A DNA stretch of 64,000 nt. Origin: an uncultured delta proteobacterium. Its GTDB lineage: Bacteria > Myxococcota_A > UBA9160 > SMWR01. The notes beneath the pieces were generated by a model, which saw only the letters and a list, made by a program, of their open reading frames with translations, did not search any database and was not told the DNA's origin. This document shows, piece after piece, positions 58,876-64,000 of the stretch; the stretch's first letter is position 1; each line of letters opens with the position of its first letter. The DNA is taken from positions 128,001-192,000 of the forward strand of contig CAWHTE010000005.1 in NCBI GenBank assembly GCA_963832165.1, read 5' to 3'. The translations under genes and the position numbers were made by a program.

Positions 58876-58919
58876 GGTGATCGGGGTCACATAAGTCGCG
58901 AGTTGTGAGGCCGATCACT
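58876..58919. promoter_or_regulatory. Tandem CRP/FNR-family-like sites that together form an inverted repeat
   Basis: GGTGA-tcgggg-TCACA (58876-58891) and TGTGA-ggccga-TCACT (58904-58919). Confidence 0.55.
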
Positions 58920-58976
58920 CCCCCTGAACTCGCACAAAGCCCGGAGGAGGGAGGGCCCCATCAGGAGGTCCGCTCC

Positions 58977-59886
58977 GTGCGCATCGCGACGATGTCTCTG
59001 TTTCTGGCCGGGCTCTTAGCGGGTCCGGCCACTGCGACCGAGGTGATCTCGTTCGAAGAGATCCCGGCCCAGAATTCCGTCAGCTCCACGCTGAGCGAGG
59101 AGTACGCCCACCTGGGCGTCCACTTCTTCTCCACCGATGACGGGGGGATCTGGGACGGCATGAGCAACGGCGACCCGGGAGGCTGGGAGCTCGAGGGCAC
59201 GAACGGCCCCTCCTTCCTTGGCTTCCAAGGCCGCAGCTACCGGCTCGCGCTGACCTTCGACGCGCCCGTGCCCGCGTTCTCGGTCGACGTGGCGGCCGCG
59301 GCCGGCGCAACTCCGGGTGGCACGTTCGCGCTCGAGGGATACCTCGACGGGCGCGCTCGTCGAGCGCAACGCGGTGACGCTCGGTGGGCTCAACCAGTGG
59401 ATGACGGTCGCGCTCTCGGCCGAGGTCGACCAGGTGGTGTTCGTCGGCGACACGCGCGGCGCGCGCTACTTCGGCGCCGACAACGTCCACTGGGGTCTCG
59501 ACGCTCCCGAGGCTCCGCCGCGCCTCGACGTGATGATCGACGTGCGGCCCGACAGCGCGGAGAACCCGGTGAACCCGGGCGCCAACGGCCTGCTGCCGGT
59601 CGCGCTGCTCGGCTCCGATTCGCTCGACGTCACGTCGGTCGACCCCGACTCGCTCGCGCTGGGCGTGGGCGCCGCACCCGCGAAGAAGTACGAGATGTTC
59701 GACGCGAACGGCGATGGCTTCGTCGATCTCGTGGCGCACTACCACGTGCCCGCTACCGGCACCGCGTACGGCGACACGTCGATGTGCCTCACCGGCGCGA
59801 CGATGGACGGTGTTCCGCTCGCAGGCTGCGACGCGATCCGCACCGTTCCCCAGGCGCCGTCTGCGCAGAAGGCGCGCGGGCGCTGA
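58977..59886 (+). CDS. Secreted protein with C-terminal dockerin-like Ca-binding motif (frameshift at ~59350)
   Basis: AGGAGG RBS, signal peptide, VISFEE. C-terminal IDVRPDSAENPVNP..LPVALLGS..DANGDGFVDLVAHY. Confidence 0.7.
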
Positions 59887-59891
59887 GACGC

Positions 59892-59928
59892 GCGCGGGGG
59901 CCGGGCTCGCACCAGCCGGCCCCCGCGC
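59892..59928 (+). terminator. 13-bp GC hairpin after the gene
   Basis: GCGCGGGGGCCGG...CCGGCCCCCGCGC. Confidence 0.55.
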
Positions 59929-59985
59929 CAGCCCGCCTCGCTGGCTAAGCTACTCACGCCCGGACAGCGGGCGGAGGAAGTCGGC

Positions 59986-60744
59986 CTGCGAGGCGGGACG
60001 TGGCGCAGCGGCGAAGTCGCCGCAGGAGAGTTCGGGCCTGTTTCGCGAGCGCTGTTTGCGCTCGCGATTGCTGCGACGCCACTCTTCGCCGCCTATCACG
60101 CGGTCGGCTGGCTGCCGCCGCTGCGAGCGGCCGACGTGCTCTTCGCGCTCGTGGGCGGGTGTCTGGGCGCGTGTGCGGCCGATCTCGTCACGGGCCTCGT
60201 GCACTGGGCGTGCGATACCTGGGGCGGCCCCGGCACGCGCTGGCTGGGACCCGGACTGATCCAGTCGTTTCGCGAGCATCACGACACCCCGCGCGCGATG
60301 CTCGACCACGACTGGGTCGAGGTGAATGGGCATCCGGCCGCCGCCGCGTGCGCGGCGTTCGCGCTGCTCACTCTGCCTCCCGTGCAGGACTGGCTCGCGG
60401 ATCGCACGTTCCTCGGCGCATTCGCGTGGACGCTCATCGTCACCGGGGCGCTCGCCAACCAGCTTCACAAGTGGTCGCACGCGCCCGACCCGCCGCGCTG
60501 GGTCAAGACCCTCCAGCGCACCGGCTGGATCCTGTCGCCCGGGCGCCACGCGCGTCACCACCGCGCCGGCCACACCACCGACTACTGCATCACGGGGGGC
60601 TGGCTCAACCCGATGCTCGACGCCACCGGCTTCTGGCGCGTGCTCGAGCGCGCCGTCACGCGCTTGACCGGCGCCGCGCCGCGCGCCGCGCAGCGCTGCT
60701 CTCCCGCTACTGTTCGATCGCACGAACGAGGCACAACCCGATGA
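59986..60744 (+). CDS. carF: CarF/TMEM189-family lipid desaturase (plasmanylethanolamine desaturase-like)
   Basis: His boxes ADLVTGLVHWACDTWG, FREHH, NQLHKWSH, HARHH, plus DYCITGGWLN. The frame is open and hydrophobic upstream of 60136; possible CTG start at 59986 after GGAGG. Confidence 0.85.
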   Translation: MRGGTWRSGEVAAGEFGPVSRALFALAIAATPLFAAYHAVGWLPPLRAADVLFALVGGCLGACAADLVTGLVHWACDTWGGPGTRWLGPGLIQSFREHHDTPRAMLDHDWVEVNGHPAAAACAAFALLTLPPVQDWLADRTFLGAFAWTLIVTGALANQLHKWSHAPDPPRWVKTLQRTGWILSPGRHARHHRAGHTTDYCITGGWLNPMLDATGFWRVLERAVTRLTGAAPRAAQRCSPATVRSHERGTTR

Positions 60745-61256
60745 AATTGGTGGAATGGCTCGCGAAGCAGGTGACCGACGATCCGCGCGCACTGCGCTGG
60801 TTCGCGGAGCCCGGCAGCGACGAGCGGATCGCGCGCGCGTACCGCGAGCTGCTCGCGGGCTACCAGATCGATCCCGCGTCGATCCTCAAGACGACCCGCA
60901 TGCTCGAGCCCGGTGAGCGCCCGGGCTCGGTGGAGGTGAACGAGATCGCCTTCTACTCGCTGTGTGCGCACCACTTCCTGCCCTTCTTCGGCGAGGTCGA
61001 CATCGCCTACGTGCCCGGGGACCGGATTCTCGGGCTCGGCAAGCTGCCGCGACTCGTCGATGCGCTGGCCCGCCGCTTCCAGATCCAGGAGGACCTCGTG
61101 CGCGAGGTGGCGCACGTGATGATGGAGCACGGCCGCGCGCGCGGCGTGCGCGTGCGCGCGCGAGCACAGCACCTGTGCATGTGCAGCCGCGGACCCGCGA
61201 GCCAATCGTCGATCACGCACACCGAGTTCGCGCTTGGCACGTTGGACGGCGGCTAG
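60741..61256 (+). CDS. folE: GTP cyclohydrolase I-like protein (short, divergent)
   Basis: SLCAHHFLPFFG, GLGKLPR, QIQE, HLCMCSRG. ATGA overlap with carF. Confidence 0.8.
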   Translation: MKLVEWLAKQVTDDPRALRWFAEPGSDERIARAYRELLAGYQIDPASILKTTRMLEPGERPGSVEVNEIAFYSLCAHHFLPFFGEVDIAYVPGDRILGLGKLPRLVDALARRFQIQEDLVREVAHVMMEHGRARGVRVRARAQHLCMCSRGPASQSSITHTEFALGTLDGG

Positions 61257-62085
61257 CGCGGCCCTCGCGCTCGCGCTCGCCCTGCCCGCGCGCGGCGACG
61301 ACCGCGCGATCGCGTTCCGGCGCCACGGCGAGCCCGTCGCCACGCGCGATCTCGCTGCGCTCGAACAGATCACGCGCCCCGAGCGCCTGCGCGTGTTCGA
61401 GCCCTACGAGCAGCGCGAGATCGAGTTCAGCGCGCTGCGGTTCGAGCGCGTGCTCGACGCCCTCTACGGCGCGGAATGGCGCGTGGAAGACGAGCTCTTG
61501 TTTACGTGCCGCGACGGGTACCAGCCCACGGTGCCGGTCGCGCGCGTGCTCGCGCACGCGGCGTGGCTCGCGTTCGAGCGCGTCGGCTCGCCCGCGTTCA
61601 CGATCCGCAAGCGCGAGTCGGGGCGCGTGCAGGACGTCTCGCTCGCGCCGTTCTACCTGATCTGGGAGAACCTCGACGACACACAGGTGCGATCGGAGGG
61701 CGACTACGGCTGGCCCTATCAGCTCGTCGGCGTCGAGCTGATCCGCAGCCGCGACCGCTTCCCGCGGATGGCGCCGCCCGCGAGCTCGCCGCCGAAGGTG
61801 CACGAGGGCTTTGCCGCGTTCCGCGTCCACTGCAGCCGCTGCCATCCCGTCAACGGCGAAGGCGGCAAGATCGGTCCCGAGCTGAATGCGACGGCGGGCC
61901 CGGCCGGCCGGCGCGATCCCGCGTGGCTGCGCGATTGGATCGATGATCCGAGTCGGATCGCGCCCAACGCGCGCATGGAGCGGCTCAACCCCGCGCTGCC
62001 GAACCGCGAGGCCGTGATCGCATCGATCATCGCCTACCTCCAGGCGATGGTGGATTACCCGCGCGCGGAGTCGAAGCGTGACTAG
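61234..62085 (+). CDS. Exported protein with molybdopterin-oxidoreductase-like N-domain and C-terminal monoheme cytochrome c
   Basis: Signal peptide, FTCRDGY, LAPFYLIW, WPYQL, CSRCH, IGPELN, distal Met in PNARM. Confidence 0.75.
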   Translation: MARWTAASAALALALALPARGDDRAIAFRRHGEPVATRDLAALEQITRPERLRVFEPYEQREIEFSALRFERVLDALYGAEWRVEDELLFTCRDGYQPTVPVARVLAHAAWLAFERVGSPAFTIRKRESGRVQDVSLAPFYLIWENLDDTQVRSEGDYGWPYQLVGVELIRSRDRFPRMAPPASSPPKVHEGFAAFRVHCSRCHPVNGEGGKIGPELNATAGPAGRRDPAWLRDWIDDPSRIAPNARMERLNPALPNREAVIASIIAYLQAMVDYPRAESKRD

Positions 62086-62758
62086 CGCCGGCCCGTTCGA
62101 GGCCTTCTACGCGAGCGCGTGGCAGCACCCGCTCGCGCTCTGGGTGGCCGCGATCGCGGGCGGGCTCGTGTGCCTCTCGCGGCGCGATCTGCACGCGAGC
62201 GTGCGGCGCTACGGCCTCGCGCTCGTGGTGCTGTCGCTGCTCGACGCATGGCTCACGTCGACCCACGTGTACGGGATCGGCACGCTGCCGGGCCGTCTCG
62301 CGAGCTACGTGCCGCTGTTCTTCGTGCTCGCAGGCGATCTCCGCTATCTGCTGCTCTGGGAGACGGCGGCGCCCGACGGGCGGATCGCGCTCGCCCGGGG
62401 CATGCCGCTGCGGGCACTCGGCCTCACGTTGATCGTTCCGATCTTTGCGCAGATCGCCGCACCCGCGATCGCGCCCGGAAACACGCGCGTGCTGTTCTTC
62501 GTCTACGAGCTCGCGTTCTGCGCGCTCACGCTCGGGCTCTTGCGCTGGCACCCGAACGCGCGCGCACTGCCCTGGGTGCGCGCGGTGAGCCGCTTCGTGC
62601 TGCTCTACTACGGACTGTGGGCCACCGCCGACGCGATCCTTCTCGCGACGGGCACCGAACTCGGCTATGCGCTGCGCGTGATCCCGAACCTGCTCTACTA
62701 CGGCGGGCTGATCGGCGCGATCGCGTGGCTCGCGCCGGGCGCGGAACCCGCGCGCTGA
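62078..62758 (+). CDS. Hypothetical polytopic membrane protein
   Basis: About 7 hydrophobic helices. Start overlaps the upstream stop. Confidence 0.7.
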   Translation: MTSAGPFEAFYASAWQHPLALWVAAIAGGLVCLSRRDLHASVRRYGLALVVLSLLDAWLTSTHVYGIGTLPGRLASYVPLFFVLAGDLRYLLLWETAAPDGRIALARGMPLRALGLTLIVPIFAQIAAPAIAPGNTRVLFFVYELAFCALTLGLLRWHPNARALPWVRAVSRFVLLYYGLWATADAILLATGTELGYALRVIPNLLYYGGLIGAIAWLAPGAEPAR

Positions 62759-63255
62759 GCTGCGGCCAGCCGCTCGACGAGCGACTCGACGCGTTCCTTC
62801 AGCGCCGCGCGCGACGGAAAGTACTGCTCGCGCATGGGCGGAAACCCGCTCCAGATCTCGGTCGTGAGATCGTCGACGCGCGCCTCGGCCGGCAGCCCCG
62901 TGTCGATCATGACGACGAGCCGCGCGCGGTTCGCGTCCTCGGCGTCGATCACGCGGGGCCGGTAGCCGTGCAGGCGGTAGCCCTCGAGTGCGAGCGCGAG
63001 CACCATGCGCAGCGGGACGTCTCGGAAGCTCGGCGTCGACGCTCGGGATACCGCCCGCTCGCGGAGACCGCGCTCACTCGCCAGCCGGTTGAAGTACGAC
63101 GCCGACCACACGCTCATGGCCACGCCGTTCTGGCACACGAACACGATCTCCGCCTCACGCGGATCGCCCGCCTCGCGTCCGCCCCACGACGCCACCGCGA
63201 GCGCCGCCGTGAGCAGTACCCCGAGCGAGAGCGCTGCGATTGCGGGAATCCTCAT
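62698..63255 (-). CDS. Exported LMW-PTP/ArsC-fold protein with a degenerate P-loop
   Basis: Signal/TM helix, IVFVCQNGVAMS, FNRLASERGL, RAVSRA. Confidence 0.55.
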   Translation of the reverse strand: MRIPAIAALSLGVLLTAALAVASWGGREAGDPREAEIVFVCQNGVAMSVWSASYFNRLASERGLRERAVSRASTPSFRDVPLRMVLALALEGYRLHGYRPRVIDAEDANRARLVVMIDTGLPAEARVDDLTTEIWSGFPPMREQYFPSRAALKERVESLVERLAAAQRAGSAPGASHAIAPISPP

Positions 63256-63296
63256 GCAGGAAGTAACGCCGCAGGCCGGCCCGGCGTTACAGCGCG

Positions 63297-64000
63297 CTAG
63301 CCGGCCACATCCTCGAGCTCGCGCCGCGCCGTCTCGGGTACGAGCGCCACGCTCGCAGCGGCGCCCAGGCAGGCGAGCGCCACGAGCGGCAGCGCGATCG
63401 ACTGCGACCCGAACGCCTCCATCCCTGCGCCGTAGAGCAGGAGCCCCGTGCCCACGCCGAGCGTCTCGAGCAGCGCGAGGCTGCCCGCGCCGGTGCCGCG
63501 CAGCGAGGTGGGAAACAGCTCGGTGGCGAGCGTGCGAACGGTCACCGTGATCGCCATCGACAGGAACACCATGAGCGTCCACGGGAGCGCCACCCACGCA
63601 GGAGGCCCCGCGAAGAACGCGAGCGAGGCGATCGGAAACAGCGCGATCACGCACACCGCCACCTTCCGGCGGCCGTAGCGATCACCGAGTCGACCGGCCA
63701 CGGGATTTCCGATGATCGCGAATGCGCCGAACACGACCGTGAGCGCCGCGAACGCGCCCGGGCGCCAGCCGTGCTCGGTCTGCAGGAACTCCGAGACGAA
63801 CTGAAACGACGGTCCCGTGCCCGCGCTCGACAGGCCGCCGATCAGCGCGATCGCGAGCGCGCGCCGCGGGTGGGCGCGCAGCAGCTCGGCGAGGCCGCCC
63901 AGCCCACGCGGGCCGACGATTCCGCTGCGCGACATCGCCGCGAAGCGCGTCGTCTCGCGCAGGCCGCGCGCCAGCGCGGGCAGGAACAGGAGCGGGATCA
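63297..64000 (-). CDS. MFS transporter (C-terminal part; runs off the window)
   Basis: GRLGDRYGRR, TELFPTSLRGTG, VPETARREL. Confidence 0.88.
   Translation of the reverse strand, partial: IPLLFLPALARGLRETTRFAAMSRSGIVGPRGLGGLAELLRAHPRRALAIALIGGLSSAGTGPSFQFVSEFLQTEHGWRPGAFAALTVVFGAFAIIGNPVAGRLGDRYGRRKVAVCVIALFPIASLAFFAGPPAWVALPWTLMVFLSMAITVTVRTLATELFPTSLRGTGAGSLALLETLGVGTGLLLYGAGMEAFGSQSIALPLVALACLGAAASVALVPETARRELEDVAG

Noticed and set aside
25..64000. Numerous long Arg/Ala/Pro-rich alternative-frame ORFs (e.g. 34085-36589 +, 43186-45453 -, 22836-25016 +)
   Set aside because: These are expected shadow ORFs in high-GC DNA. They have no motifs and overlap well-supported genes.
1..64000. CRISPR arrays, tRNA/rRNA, IS elements or prophage
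   Set aside because: I saw no regularly spaced repeats, RNA gene signatures, transposase, integrase or phage genes. Intergenic gaps are short.

Overview
High-GC (about 70% by eye) bacterial DNA, plausibly Myxococcota-like (inference from gene content such as carF and PEP-CTERM proteins). I found no rRNA, tRNA, CRISPR array or mobile element. The first ~46-52 kb is an exosortase/PEP-CTERM surface-protein locus with an unusual architecture. A six-gene cassette [helical-repeat protein ->][<- PEP-CTERM protein(s)][<- TPR lipoprotein][Thr-type sulfatase-like enzyme ->][<- TonB-dependent receptor][OM beta-barrel ->] occurs twice (1.5-12.9 kb and 27.5-37.7 kb), with a third partial copy at the window start. 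It is accompanied by one exosortase-EpsI gene co-transcribed with an octaheme cytochrome and a PHP hydrolase, a GT-C-like membrane protein, four MFS/spermidine-synthase-like fusions of two subtypes, and an ExeA-type ATPase. All four cassette substrates carry a variant sorting signal whose TM helix ends in Cys-His; an unlinked PEP-CTERM protein at 58 kb does not. The rest of the window holds Sel1, UbiA, Ada/AlkA, FKBP, FHA, a heme-oxygenase-like diiron enzyme/P450 divergent pair, a carF-folE-cytochrome c operon and an MFS transporter. Many genes look leaderless. Single-base frameshifts cluster at 28-40 kb and are probably assembly errors. All family assignments come from motif recognition by eye, not from database searches.
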